Source: a virus
Direction: 5' to 3' (one strand)
IMG/VR virus record: IMGVR_UViG_3300042301_002363
Coordinates: 24,098-88,097 of that record
DNA: 64,000 nucleotides
Each line of letters opens with the position of its first letter. The stretch's first letter is position 1. The notes beneath the pieces are model-generated. The model did not search any database. It was not told the origin of the DNA and saw only the letters and a program-made list of their open reading frames with translations. This document shows positions 30,381-40,680 of this stretch, in pieces. A program made the position numbers and the translations under genes.

Positions 30381-33300
30381 TATCTTGGACTATTTAAATT
30401 TTTAACGTTTGTAAGTTTAAGGATCATTTTGTTATCACCACTTATGTTCCTTCTTAAAATTACTCTATTACCATAATGTCTGAACTTTTTATGTTCAAGT
30501 GGTGATTTGTTGTAATCCACATAATCAGGATTGATATACTTTTTACAACCTGCACATTCAGTAATCCACATTGGAAGTTTTGTGCCAGAAAACTCTCCTC
30601 TGTCATTAGTAATATCCCAGAATGTATTGAATCTATACTTGTTCTCTTCTTTAGAGAAAAGTATTTCAATATAATCAGCACCTATTACAGGATTTGCTAA
30701 TATGTCAAGAGGATTGCTTTTTTGCTTAATCCTCATTCTGAGAACACCTGATATCTGTTCTGAATTATAAATGATAGCTCTATCAAAGTTTTCATCTAAA
30801 ACATGGAAGTAATCCTTACCATCATTGTAAAACTTATACACATCAAGATAGTATTCAAAACTTCTGAGAGTTGTAATCTGATTTGGTGTTACAATTGGGT
30901 ATTCAATTTCCCAAGGGTAATTTGTACCATAGTAATTACAAAAACTATCCCATCTATTGTTATGCTTCCATATCTGATTGTTGTTGATTGTATAAAAGTT
31001 TTGATATGATGGCATCATTAGTGATGGCAACCAGTCATGGAAGCTAATCCACATTTTTGATTTTGGATCATAACTTACTGTCCAATTACAAGGTTCAAAA
31101 CATAATGGATCATCAAATGCACATGGACATCTTTGAACAATTGCGTTTAATGTTATATGTATTTCGCATAACTTTTGATCTCCGCTTGCATTTTCCACAA
31201 GTATATTGTAGGTTGTATTACCTGCTGGTGTTACTGTAAGGCTGCCATTTAATGGTATTGGTCCAATGCCATTATTCATTACAACTGAAACAGCATTTAT
31301 AGTAGACCATGTCAATGTAACTGATTGGCCATAATCTACATTTATTGCTGATGCTCCAAGTTGACAATCAGGACAAGGATTGCCTGGTAATACTTCTGTT
31401 ATTTGACAAAGTGGTATTTCACAAGATCCTTCAATCTGAGTACTTCCATCAGGACATGTATATTGACCAGACGAATTTGGTACTGGAATTTCTTGACCAA
31501 TAAAATCTCTTGTTGAAAATATGATAAATGGTTCTAAGTCTGCTGGAGTTGGTCCACAATTGGTAGGAGCTGTTGTAAATGGAGTCAGCAATGTGCTTGC
31601 TTGCAACTGTGCTAAAGTCATATCATATACTTCTCCTGCAAATGCAGCATCAAGGTCATGATTTCTTCCACACAATCTTATTGTTCTTGTACCTGCAGGA
31701 AGAGTTACAGGAAATACATGCCAGTGATTAAAAGGTCTCATTACGCCACTATCCTCACCACCAGCTGAATCACGTGCAGATAAGTATACCCATAAGTTAC
31801 CATCAACATATATCTTTACTTCATTGTCACCTGCAATCCCAACTAAATATTGTTTTGTTTGAGGAACATCAAAACAAAAAGAATAACACACGTCAACATC
31901 TTCAGGAAGTGTACCACCAGCTGGCCATACACCTGCAATATTCAATCTTCCTCTTGTTGCTCCTCCACATGCACCACCATCTGAGTTCCATAAACCATTT
32001 TGAACATTTACCAAAGGAGTAACAGGAGCACCAATACCATTCATTCCTCTTACTTGGTATGTACTTTGACTTCCAACTCCTTTTAATGGTTTTATTTCAG
32101 TTGTAATATCTGGATATAATCTAATACCAAATTTATTGTAAGCTGCTACGTTTTGAGCTGCCTCAACTGTAAATGTTGGTCCTGTATATTCAGCAGGAGC
32201 TGTAGATGTTATTACACATTCACCATTAATAATTTCTGCTTCAGGAGGACATCCTTTACATTCTGGAATTACTGGTGGATCATAAGGAATATCTGATGGT
32301 ATTATCTCACCACATATATAATATGGTACACCATTTGGATCATCAAATAATAAATCATCTCTCAATGGTCTATAATCCTTTTTTGAGAAATAGAGTAACT
32401 CATATGTTGAGTCATAAATAGCTTGTACTCCAATTCCTGCTACAGGATTATCATATAATGGATAGTTTGGATATACATCAAGCATCTTTGATGGCAAGTT
32501 ATCAGCAAACCAAAACTTTAATCCAGTTCTTGATATTTCCTCTAAACCAGAACCATTAGACACAAAGATTTTACCAATGTCTTGAGATACAAAGAATAAA
32601 CCATAAGGTGTGTTTATTGCAGCTCTTGATGAGATTGAAGCCCCATAAGAAAGCGCATCATCTGCGTTAACAAGACTCTGAAAGTTTTGTTGAAATAAAC
32701 CACTATCACCAATTGATACTTTTGTTCCAGCTGTAGTTTGTAATTGATCCTGACCTACAAACGTTGTTGGTTCAGCATCCTCAAACAAAATAATACAACC
32801 TGTTGCATTCAATGGTTTTATGATGTTTATTTTACCATAGAAATCTTTGTAGTTAAGTGGTAGATAATTTCTCCAGTTGTCTCTTCTAAGTCCTGACCTT
32901 TGTTGTAATGAGTACACACTTCTTCGTGGGTAGTATTCAAAACATGATGAATACAGTTGTGGGTCATAGTCACGTGGTAAGATTTGTCCCCAGTTTGCGA
33001 GGTTGTTAAATAACTTGGAACTACTAAGTGATAAGTCATATTTGTAATATGTTGGTTTAGTAATAATATCAGATCTAAACATTGTACTAATGTCATTGAA
33101 AGAAAAGCCATATACATCATAAAACTTTTGGAAATCCTCAAGTCCATAGTCTCTATATGCCATGTTTAATTCTGACTCTGTAAAGTAATCGCGTACACCA
33201 TTGTAAAATAAATAAAACCAGTTGTTTCTTCTTACCAATCTTAGAGTAGAACCATCACCTGGTGCATCTAATCTATAATTATCTGAAGGTGTGGTTGCAT

Positions 33301-36223
33301 CCCATTGTGGTAAAATTTCACTAGGAAAGTTCCAAGAAAATGTCAAATCAAAATCTGATGAATCAAAGTTTGCATAGTTTGCCCAGTACCTTGGCGCAGG
33401 TCCATTTACATAATTTCTGTAATCCCATTCAGTACCATCTAATTCACCTAGCATCCATGTGTTAAAAAAGTAGTATGGATTCTTTTCTGTATATCTGTTG
33501 ATATATACATCCCCACCAAAAATGGCAGAGGTAGAATATGTTAATCCTACTGCTGGTGTTGTTTCGTATACACAAGAATCTGTTGGTATTTGCACAATCC
33601 CATATAATTGACCATACTGATTTTGATAGTCAACTTTAATTGCGCCATAGTACTGACAAATATTAGATATAAATTCACCATATGGATCCTTATATGTAAT
33701 TCCATTTACAACACCATCTAAGTCTCTAACTCTTTTTTTAGAGTTATCTGATGATGATGGATTTGGTAAATCTTTTGTCAACTTTAAACATAAAAATTTA
33801 GTTCTGTTTAGGTTGTTGATTCTATAAGTATTATCAAAATCCTGTACATGCATTCCAATGTACTTGATCATATTATTCTGTATCTTTCTTCTATAGCATT
33901 TTGGATATGCAGCAGGAACACTTGAATTGTTTACGTTTGTATAATTTGAATAGAAACCATGACTATTGTACTGAAGAGCATAATCTCTATAGTTAGCCAT
34001 ATTACGTATCAAATCTAATACAACGCTCATTCCTTTTGGAACCCAGAAACTTAATTGTAGAATTAACTGTACAATACCTGCAATAGTACCAAGCAAGTTA
34101 CCTTGACCACCTGCAGAAATTGCTGACAAAATACCACCACTAATTAAATCTGCAATTGTTGTCGCTGGAGCTGATTCACGTGTTGCGTCTGCGTATATAC
34201 CACCACTACCCACAGCTAATGGAAAGTTACCACCCTTAATTGTGGATTTTCCTACAGCTTCAATAAGTGCAATACCTACTCCAACACCTAACGCTAATGT
34301 AAATGCGTTATCAGTAAGCAGCTTGAATCTTGGATGTTTATATGGTAATTGATAGTTACCTGTTGAAATTCCTTTTTCCTCAGTGTAGATCTTTATGTAA
34401 TTTGTTCCAAATGCTGGTCTTTCAAAATGAATCTCAGGAGAATGGAATGCAAGATAATTCTTTTTGTACTTGTTAAGTTTTGAAGCATCTTCCCAATTTT
34501 CCTCATTTTCATTGTTATCTAAGATTGTGTAATCATCAGATAAGAATGGATCAGGTCTTAAGTCATTATAAGGATAGTTTTCAAATAAACCTTTTCTATT
34601 ACCAATAGAACCATTTACATTGAACTCAACCATATTAGAGAACAATCCTTTTGTAATAATAGACTTGTTGTTCTCTCTTGAACCTCTTAGTATTTCATAT
34701 CCAACAATATCAGGAATTGGATTGCCATTTGCATCAACAGGTGGTTCTATATTAGAGAATTCAACACCAAGTACTATAATTCTACTACCACCTTGATTAT
34801 GAATATGCGTGGTCTCATTAGATGGCATTTTGTGATGACGTATAGGTTCATAACACAGATCACCCCATACTTCAGGATTAGTTGGATATCTTTCTGTTGA
34901 TTCCCAATATGCCATATTTCCTCTTGCTACTACAATACCTCCATCCTTTTCTGTTCCAGATGAAGGAGCATACGTAGATGTATCATAAACTTGCCATGCT
35001 TCTATTTCAGTTGGATCCACCACATCGTTGGTTGTAATATTTACCAAATCAGATGGTATTGCAGCTCTTCCTGGTATATGATATGATGCTGTTCTATTAC
35101 CTGTATTGTATATCCATCTGATAAAGAATGAATATACTTCATCACGCATGTAACCAACAATATTACCACCATTCCAATAATAATTAACATCATACTCAAC
35201 AGCTACCCAGTTGGTAAGTATTTTATTTGCTTGAAGTTGGTAGTTAATATATGGTTGTGTGCTAACGCCACTTCTGATAAGATATCCATTTACTGCAGCC
35301 ATTTTTTCACTGCGTTCATATACAACATTTCTAAGTGGTATATAAGAAAGTGGAACAGTTTCTAAACTACCTTGTATAATATCAAGTACTACTGTCTTTT
35401 GATTAATATTGTAGTATCCTATCTTTTTTGCAATTGCTTGTTGTGTGACAACAGAGATAATAACAAGTTCATACTCATTATATTCCTCATCAAGATCAGT
35501 AAGATCTATTTGGATACTTCCACCTTGCCCACTATCTTGCCATAATCCTTGTGGCACACTTGGCATTGAATATTCAGTAAGGCGTATGCCATCTTCTGAA
35601 TATGCAATTACTGCCATATAACTTCCATTATTTAACTGTCCAGCACCTAGCGCTTTTCTAATAGATACACATGGTTGTTGGATTAAAGGATGCAAACGAA
35701 TTTTGTCACAATCAAGTCTATCTGTGCATATCTCACCATCACATGGATTTTCACTTACTGGCTCACATATGTAAGGAACATTGTTAATGTTCATTGTTCT
35801 ATCAGGATTTAGATTATCCTGCCAGTATCCTGAAAAAGTACAGTCATAGTTTTCTTTAACAAATGCTGTTATAAGATGAGTAGTCTTAAAGTTTAAGCAG
35901 TCATCATTTATGACTGTTGTATAACTACACTTAGACTCATCAAATATTCCAATTTCTGAACCAATATTATTTGTTGAAAATATCAACCATTCAGTCTCTC
36001 TAATAAAAGCATATCCAATAATTGTATAAGGTGCTTCAGTGCAATATCTATTTGATGGCTCATTGCCTATAGAACCAGATTCTCCATAGTGAGAATTATT
36101 TATTGCATTAATAGCATTGTACCAAAGACCATCTGACATATAAATGTCAGTATTGTCTTTATTCATTCCTTTATTAAAGGACTGAGTCTTTGCGCCAGAT
36201 GTATTTTGGATTCCTTCAGCCAT
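30380..36223 (-). CDS. Tail muzzle / tail stabilization protein (1947 aa) with inserted beta-sandwich domains
   Basis: N-terminal FNKGMNKD...GSIGNEPSN, central GYMRDEVYSFFIRW and FGGDVYINRY, C-terminal WTVSYDP...WISFHDW; size and position after ring proteins match crAss-like muzzle (P22 gp10-like) proteins. Confidence 0.75.
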   Translation of the reverse strand: MAEGIQNTSGAKTQSFNKGMNKDNTDIYMSDGLWYNAINAINNSHYGESGSIGNEPSNRYCTEAPYTIIGYAFIRETEWLIFSTNNIGSEIGIFDESKCSYTTVINDDCLNFKTTHLITAFVKENYDCTFSGYWQDNLNPDRTMNINNVPYICEPVSENPCDGEICTDRLDCDKIRLHPLIQQPCVSIRKALGAGQLNNGSYMAVIAYSEDGIRLTEYSMPSVPQGLWQDSGQGGSIQIDLTDLDEEYNEYELVIISVVTQQAIAKKIGYYNINQKTVVLDIIQGSLETVPLSYIPLRNVVYERSEKMAAVNGYLIRSGVSTQPYINYQLQANKILTNWVAVEYDVNYYWNGGNIVGYMRDEVYSFFIRWIYNTGNRTASYHIPGRAAIPSDLVNITTNDVVDPTEIEAWQVYDTSTYAPSSGTEKDGGIVVARGNMAYWESTERYPTNPEVWGDLCYEPIRHHKMPSNETTHIHNQGGSRIIVLGVEFSNIEPPVDANGNPIPDIVGYEILRGSRENNKSIITKGLFSNMVEFNVNGSIGNRKGLFENYPYNDLRPDPFLSDDYTILDNNENEENWEDASKLNKYKKNYLAFHSPEIHFERPAFGTNYIKIYTEEKGISTGNYQLPYKHPRFKLLTDNAFTLALGVGVGIALIEAVGKSTIKGGNFPLAVGSGGIYADATRESAPATTIADLISGGILSAISAGGQGNLLGTIAGIVQLILQLSFWVPKGMSVVLDLIRNMANYRDYALQYNSHGFYSNYTNVNNSSVPAAYPKCYRRKIQNNMIKYIGMHVQDFDNTYRINNLNRTKFLCLKLTKDLPNPSSSDNSKKRVRDLDGVVNGITYKDPYGEFISNICQYYGAIKVDYQNQYGQLYGIVQIPTDSCVYETTPAVGLTYSTSAIFGGDVYINRYTEKNPYYFFNTWMLGELDGTEWDYRNYVNGPAPRYWANYANFDSSDFDLTFSWNFPSEILPQWDATTPSDNYRLDAPGDGSTLRLVRRNNWFYLFYNGVRDYFTESELNMAYRDYGLEDFQKFYDVYGFSFNDISTMFRSDIITKPTYYKYDLSLSSSKLFNNLANWGQILPRDYDPQLYSSCFEYYPRRSVYSLQQRSGLRRDNWRNYLPLNYKDFYGKINIIKPLNATGCIILFEDAEPTTFVGQDQLQTTAGTKVSIGDSGLFQQNFQSLVNADDALSYGASISSRAAINTPYGLFFVSQDIGKIFVSNGSGLEEISRTGLKFWFADNLPSKMLDVYPNYPLYDNPVAGIGVQAIYDSTYELLYFSKKDYRPLRDDLLFDDPNGVPYYICGEIIPSDIPYDPPVIPECKGCPPEAEIINGECVITSTAPAEYTGPTFTVEAAQNVAAYNKFGIRLYPDITTEIKPLKGVGSQSTYQVRGMNGIGAPVTPLVNVQNGLWNSDGGACGGATRGRLNIAGVWPAGGTLPEDVDVCYSFCFDVPQTKQYLVGIAGDNEVKIYVDGNLWVYLSARDSAGGEDSGVMRPFNHWHVFPVTLPAGTRTIRLCGRNHDLDAAFAGEVYDMTLAQLQASTLLTPFTTAPTNCGPTPADLEPFIIFSTRDFIGQEIPVPNSSGQYTCPDGSTQIEGSCEIPLCQITEVLPGNPCPDCQLGASAINVDYGQSVTLTWSTINAVSVVMNNGIGPIPLNGSLTVTPAGNTTYNILVENASGDQKLCEIHITLNAIVQRCPCAFDDPLCFEPCNWTVSYDPKSKMWISFHDWLPSLMMPSYQNFYTINNNQIWKHNNRWDSFCNYYGTNYPWEIEYPIVTPNQITTLRSFEYYLDVYKFYNDGKDYFHVLDENFDRAIIYNSEQISGVLRMRIKQKSNPLDILANPVIGADYIEILFSKEENKYRFNTFWDITNDRGEFSGTKLPMWITECAGCKKYINPDYVDYNKSPLEHKKFRHYGNRVILRRNISGDNKMILKLTNVKNLNSPR

Positions 36224-36228
36224 TGCTT

Positions 36229-37398
36229 TTAAGTATAATATGGATGATAAGGCATGTGATTCTTGAACATGTCATAGTACTTGTGATACTGTGCTCTTTT
36301 ATTTGTCTCCCAAACTTGTTTCATCTCACCAAAGTCAGGAGTATTAATAAATCCTAATGCTTTGTTTCGTGCTTCACGCAATTTGCCAGACATAAGTTGC
36401 ATCAACTGCACTGTGTTCTCACCTGCCTGAGCAAGATTTTCATAGATTCTTTCTTTCAATGCGTACTCATAATACTCATCTGCATATGGATGACTTAGTA
36501 CCATAAGTTCTCCTTTGTCAGTTTCCATTACACTTTCATACATGACAAGGACTTCACCTTCTTTAAAGTTTGTTTCTAAGAATCCATTCTTTAAGAATAC
36601 ATTGTAATAGTTGCGAGAATTTACATCAACACAATCTGCAGAAACTGAATTGTTTTTTACAATGCCAAGTCTAAATAAATTTTTAAACTTTCTAGTTCTA
36701 CCATTACATCTATCTACAACAATAGGACAACCTCCTTCTGATGTAAGAGATGTTTCATGACATGGATTAGGGTCAACTATACAAGGGTTAGGTGGAATAG
36801 GACATGGGTCTGGAGGACATGTTGCATCACATGACGATTTAGAACCCATTATTGTAACTACAACTCCACTGTAAGTCGTGGTATAATTGGAAACCAACTG
36901 TATTGTATCTTGATCAATAACAATAATCTCCAAGTTTAATAAAGTATGATTTGCAGCAAGTGCTTGTACAATCACATAATTAGTTCCTAAGTTATGTGTA
37001 ACTGTATTTATGCCTGGTGCAATTGTCAATACTTGAGTACATTGCTCTACCATATTTCTATAGATTTCAAATTCTGCTTGATATATACCATCTGCTACAC
37101 CTTGTTGATATGTTTTATAAGACCAAAGTGGTGGAGTTTCTGTTTCAATGGAACCTGTGCATAATAACGCATGATTCAATACAGCAAAGTCAGATGGTAA
37201 TTTTGCACGATAGTTTGATACTTCTAACATTTTTGTGCGATTTGGATTTATCTTTAATCCTAAATCATAATTTACACGCTGAACAACTTTGATAAGTGTT
37301 TGATCATCTATCATTCCTTCAAGATCATACGTTCTTATATCAATCTTGACACTGTCAAGAAGCTCATCAAATGTTCTATATTTAAGTTCTGCTTTCAT
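36229..37398 (-). CDS. Tail ring/adaptor protein (389 aa) with an inserted THNLG domain and Cys/Pro linker
   Basis: RAKLPSDF N-terminal block and GFLETNFKEGEVLVMY...DKGELMV C-terminal block typical of crAss-like ring proteins; immediately upstream of the muzzle. Confidence 0.6.
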   Translation of the reverse strand: MKAELKYRTFDELLDSVKIDIRTYDLEGMIDDQTLIKVVQRVNYDLGLKINPNRTKMLEVSNYRAKLPSDFAVLNHALLCTGSIETETPPLWSYKTYQQGVADGIYQAEFEIYRNMVEQCTQVLTIAPGINTVTHNLGTNYVIVQALAANHTLLNLEIIVIDQDTIQLVSNYTTTYSGVVVTIMGSKSSCDATCPPDPCPIPPNPCIVDPNPCHETSLTSEGGCPIVVDRCNGRTRKFKNLFRLGIVKNNSVSADCVDVNSRNYYNVFLKNGFLETNFKEGEVLVMYESVMETDKGELMVLSHPYADEYYEYALKERIYENLAQAGENTVQLMQLMSGKLREARNKALGFINTPDFGEMKQVWETNKRAQYHKYYDMFKNHMPYHPYYT

Positions 37399-37401
37399 TT
37401 A

Positions 37402-38070
37402 TTAAGATGTTGCACTTGTTGCTGATTGACCTGGATCTGATGGGATTTGAATCATCACACCTAAATCACGCATAACTAGTTGTTCAATTTCTGAGAATAA
37501 AAACTCTGGCACATTTATCTTTTGATTTACAATTGCCAAACAATCATCCTGTGTGTCACAAGTTAACTTTGATATGTCAGCTTCAAACACACCTTCAATT
37601 CTTATTGCATCCCAATCTAAATTAGGAAAGTATAAGTAACCATTTAAATACCAGTAGTATTTTTTAGTGTTGTATTTGAATGTGCTTTGTTTTGATATTT
37701 GTTGAAACGTAGATGGAAAAGTTGCTAATAATTGATGTGATAAATCTAAAGATGTTACTGCTCTTAATAAAGGACCATAATATCCTTCAATCATTCGTGG
37801 TAGTTTGTCTTTAGTTCTTTTAAAATAACAACCTGTATCTACGCCATAACATTGTGCTTCTGCTTTATCTACAGTAATTAATTCAATAAAGTTTAGTGTT
37901 TGAAATACACTGTTAAACTTCATTATGCGATTTAGATTATCCTGACGATGCATGAAAAAACGTGCATGTTTCATGATCATAGAATACAAATATCTATTTG
38001 TGATATTTGCATCTTGCTTTACAGATTTAATCTGGTTACGCACTCTTGATATAGCTTCTCCAATTGTCAT
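37402..38070 (-). CDS. Tail ring / tubular protein (~222 aa)
   Basis: Motifs KRTKDKLP, YYWYLNGYLY and IRIEGVFE resemble crAss-like ring proteins; ATG at 38070 preferred. Confidence 0.6.
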   Translation of the reverse strand: MTIGEAISRVRNQIKSVKQDANITNRYLYSMIMKHARFFMHRQDNLNRIMKFNSVFQTLNFIELITVDKAEAQCYGVDTGCYFKRTKDKLPRMIEGYYGPLLRAVTSLDLSHQLLATFPSTFQQISKQSTFKYNTKKYYWYLNGYLYFPNLDWDAIRIEGVFEADISKLTCDTQDDCLAIVNQKINVPEFLFSEIEQLVMRDLGVMIQIPSDPGQSATSATS

Positions 38071-38071
38071 T

Positions 38072-38650
38072 TTAAAATTCAAATTCGTTATATGTCTTCA
38101 AACTTTCTTTAGCATCTTCATTGCGTTCAATGTTATATAATCTGCTTCTATAAAGACTACTAATTTTCATGCGAGGATCTACCTGTATATAAGAATTCCA
38201 TTTCTTAGGGTATTCTTTTGCAACAGTTCTTTTAAACTCCCTTACACCAGTAAAGCCCCACAATTCATTATTTTTGAATTTGTATCTACTAGCAAAAGTT
38301 GTGAAAAAGATTTTTGCCAAATAGTCATCGCTTTCATAGTTCTTATGCTGTATCACTTTACCATAATCAGCAGATGTCTTAAAGTCTACGTTTTTACTTT
38401 TCTTACGTGGACAAGAACCTATAAATAGATGACCAAGCTGACTTGGTATTTCAACACCATCTCTTTTCTCTATCACTGTATTCCAAACTTCATTATTGAA
38501 TTCTAGAATAATGCTTTTAATTTGTTTTTCTGTTAGGTATTTTGCTGCAAAAACTTCAGACTGTATATGGTCCACCATTTCTTTAACAACAGTTTTCTTT
38601 GTTGTCTTTCTAAATCTTGGTCCTTTTACGTCTGGCATACAATTTTTCAT
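38072..38650 (-). CDS. IHF/HU-like protein (192 aa)
   Basis: Helical N-terminus then DGVEIPSQLGHLFI, resembling the HU/IHF beta arm; crAss-like phages carry an IHF-like gene just upstream of ring and muzzle genes. Confidence 0.55.
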   Translation of the reverse strand: MKNCMPDVKGPRFRKTTKKTVVKEMVDHIQSEVFAAKYLTEKQIKSIILEFNNEVWNTVIEKRDGVEIPSQLGHLFIGSCPRKKSKNVDFKTSADYGKVIQHKNYESDDYLAKIFFTTFASRYKFKNNELWGFTGVREFKRTVAKEYPKKWNSYIQVDPRMKISSLYRSRLYNIERNEDAKESLKTYNEFEF

Positions 38651-38657
38651 AACAGAT

Positions 38658-38680
38658 CCTCATTAAAATATAGGCAAAAT
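38658..38680 (-). promoter_or_regulatory. Conserved late-region upstream motif, copy 2
   Basis: Minus strand ATTTTGCC-TATATT-T-TAATGAGG. Confidence 0.5.
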
Positions 38681-38692
38681 AATTGGTTTTAA

Positions 38693-38700
38693 CAAATGTA
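38693..38700 (-). promoter_or_regulatory. Bacteroidota sigma70 -7 element
   Basis: TACATTTG on the minus strand just downstream of a terminator; identical to the element at 20858-20865. Confidence 0.45.
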
Positions 38701-38703
38701 ATC

Positions 38704-38739
38704 AAAAAACAAAACCCTCACAAGATGCAAGGGATTTGT
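38704..38739 (-). terminator. Intrinsic terminator
   Basis: Minus strand ACAAATCCCTTGCA-tct-TGTGAGGGTTTTGT then TTTTT, ~20 nt after the stop at 38759. Confidence 0.65.
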
Positions 38740-38758
38740 CTAGTATCTCAGAAGTCTG

Positions 38759-40648
38759 TTAACTGCCTATTATTTTTACAAATGCAGGTTTGCTATCTGC
38801 AGCACCAGATATGGATATAATATCAAGAGATCCTGCACTTGTATTATACACATAATCAATGCCATTGGCTAATACCAGATATGGAAATGCTCCATTTTTT
38901 GGCACATATATGGTAATTGATGCAAATGCACCAAATCCATGTGTTATTGTAATTAGACCATTTAGTGGGGCTAACGTAACACTGAAAACATTTGCGTCTA
39001 ATCCATCTATTGTAACATCTGTAGCTGTTGATGATAACGTAATTCCTGTTCCTGCTTTTAATCCTTTTGTTGCCAAACTAGGACCATTTCCATCATTTAC
39101 TAATGATTCATGCGCTGTTGTACCAGCATCTGCTAAAACAACACCTGATCCAGAATCAGCATTTATAATTGTTATCTCGTCTGTTGCAGAATCTGTTGTT
39201 ATAGAAATACCTGCACCTGCCACAAACGTCAAAGTATCATTGTTACTATCTGCTACTACTGTAGGCTGTGTCGCAACTGCAATATTTTTAAAAATAAATT
39301 GCGATGACCCAAGATCACTGTTTGTAATTGTGAGTTCATCAGTTGCTGGATTTGTTGTAACCGCAATACCTGTTCCAGACACAACTGTCAAAGTATCGTT
39401 ATTAGTATCTGCTACAATAGTTGGTTGTGTTGCTACTGCAACATTTTTAAATATATTCTGAGCTGAACCTGGATCAGTATTAGTCACAGTGTAAGTTGTT
39501 TGAGCACCTACTACATTAGGATTAACTTGAATCCCTGCTCCAGCTGCAACTACAAAGGTTTGAGTACTTGTTGGAATAAAATCTAAGAAATTTTCAAATG
39601 CTATTTTTACTTGCTGACAACCATCCACATACGTAATTGTAAACGTTGAACTATTATTTGGATAACACCATGCACCTGTTGTAGCAGCTATCCATGGAGC
39701 ATCAAAAATAATATTTGAAATTGGTGCAGCGTTATTATATTTTGTATCAATTAAATCAGAGTTCAACCATACTAAATTTCCAATAACCTCAGCATTGTAA
39801 AGATTACCATCATTGTCTTTATATGCGTTTGATATAAAGTCTCCATCTGTTTCATTACAGTCAATTGGTCTTACCAATCTTACTTTGTATCCAAATCTAT
39901 ACGAACCAGGATTATATGGTGAAATTGTATCTGATAAATAATCAACTCCATAAGCATACGCAGTAGCAGTATTATCGTTACCTGACCAATACACAGTACC
40001 TTGCCCATTATTTGTAGCAAAAAATCCTGTTGATCCATTTCTGACAACAGTTGGAGAAACACCTAATCCTGAACTATTAGTTGCACCACTATTTGGTAAT
40101 GACCAACATGTAGTTGATTTTATTTTTCCTCCTGCGTGATTTAACCAAGGAGTTTGTGTAGCAGCAGGATCTAGCGCTAATGCTAATGCGTACCAGTCAT
40201 TATTATTTGGAACTCGCCAAGTATTTATCTGATTATCTAGAGGATTGATATTAACAATACCACCAGCAGTTCTTCCATCACCAGCAGTTCCTACGTTTAA
40301 TGTGTACCAGTTATAAAGTTTTCCTACATGCGCGCACGTAGCAGTAGAATCAGTACATAATACAATGTAGTCAGGATTATCTATTTCTATTACTGCAGGA
40401 ATTGAACAACATGCTCCAAGACATATGTAATCCACAATTGCTTCCAATGCTTCTACAAGAGATGAGTTTGTTGGAATTATAGGAGAATCCTTGCATGTTA
40501 TTGCAGGTCCTGTATATACAACGCATTGTGCATTGATTATTTCAGTACATGGTTGTGGATCTAGACATACTGGAGGTGGTGTAATACATGGTTCAGGTAT
40601 TGCTGGTCCACATCCACATCCTTGACAGTTATTATTATAAGTTCCCAT
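38759..40648 (-). CDS. Tail fiber/appendage protein (629 aa) with FISUMP (Fib_succ_major) C-type-lectin-like domain and tandem repeats
   Basis: GKLYNWY, WRVP, AGGKIK, PNSGATNSSG, YWS, GYKVRLVR and DNDGNLY...IGNLVW motifs; Cys-rich N-terminus; two ~53-aa repeats. Confidence 0.7.
   Translation of the reverse strand: MGTYNNNCQGCGCGPAIPEPCITPPPVCLDPQPCTEIINAQCVVYTGPAITCKDSPIIPTNSSLVEALEAIVDYICLGACCSIPAVIEIDNPDYIVLCTDSTATCAHVGKLYNWYTLNVGTAGDGRTAGGIVNINPLDNQINTWRVPNNNDWYALALALDPAATQTPWLNHAGGKIKSTTCWSLPNSGATNSSGLGVSPTVVRNGSTGFFATNNGQGTVYWSGNDNTATAYAYGVDYLSDTISPYNPGSYRFGYKVRLVRPIDCNETDGDFISNAYKDNDGNLYNAEVIGNLVWLNSDLIDTKYNNAAPISNIIFDAPWIAATTGAWCYPNNSSTFTITYVDGCQQVKIAFENFLDFIPTSTQTFVVAAGAGIQVNPNVVGAQTTYTVTNTDPGSAQNIFKNVAVATQPTIVADTNNDTLTVVSGTGIAVTTNPATDELTITNSDLGSSQFIFKNIAVATQPTVVADSNNDTLTFVAGAGISITTDSATDEITIINADSGSGVVLADAGTTAHESLVNDGNGPSLATKGLKAGTGITLSSTATDVTIDGLDANVFSVTLAPLNGLITITHGFGAFASITIYVPKNGAFPYLVLANGIDYVYNTSAGSLDIISISGAADSKPAFVKIIGS
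39162..39470 (-). repeat. Two tandem ~53-aa coding repeats
   Basis: GSAQNIFKNVAVATQPTIVADTNNDTLTVVSGTGIAVTT / GSSQFIFKNIAVATQPTVVADSNNDTLTFVAGAGISITT. Confidence 0.85.
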
Positions 40649-40680
40649 ATTTATTTTTTAATTTATTTACAATCATTTAT

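Noticed and set aside
39650-40325. Diversity-generating retroelement targeting the lectin domain
   Set aside because: No reverse transcriptase and no second adenine-mismatched copy of the region were seen in the window.
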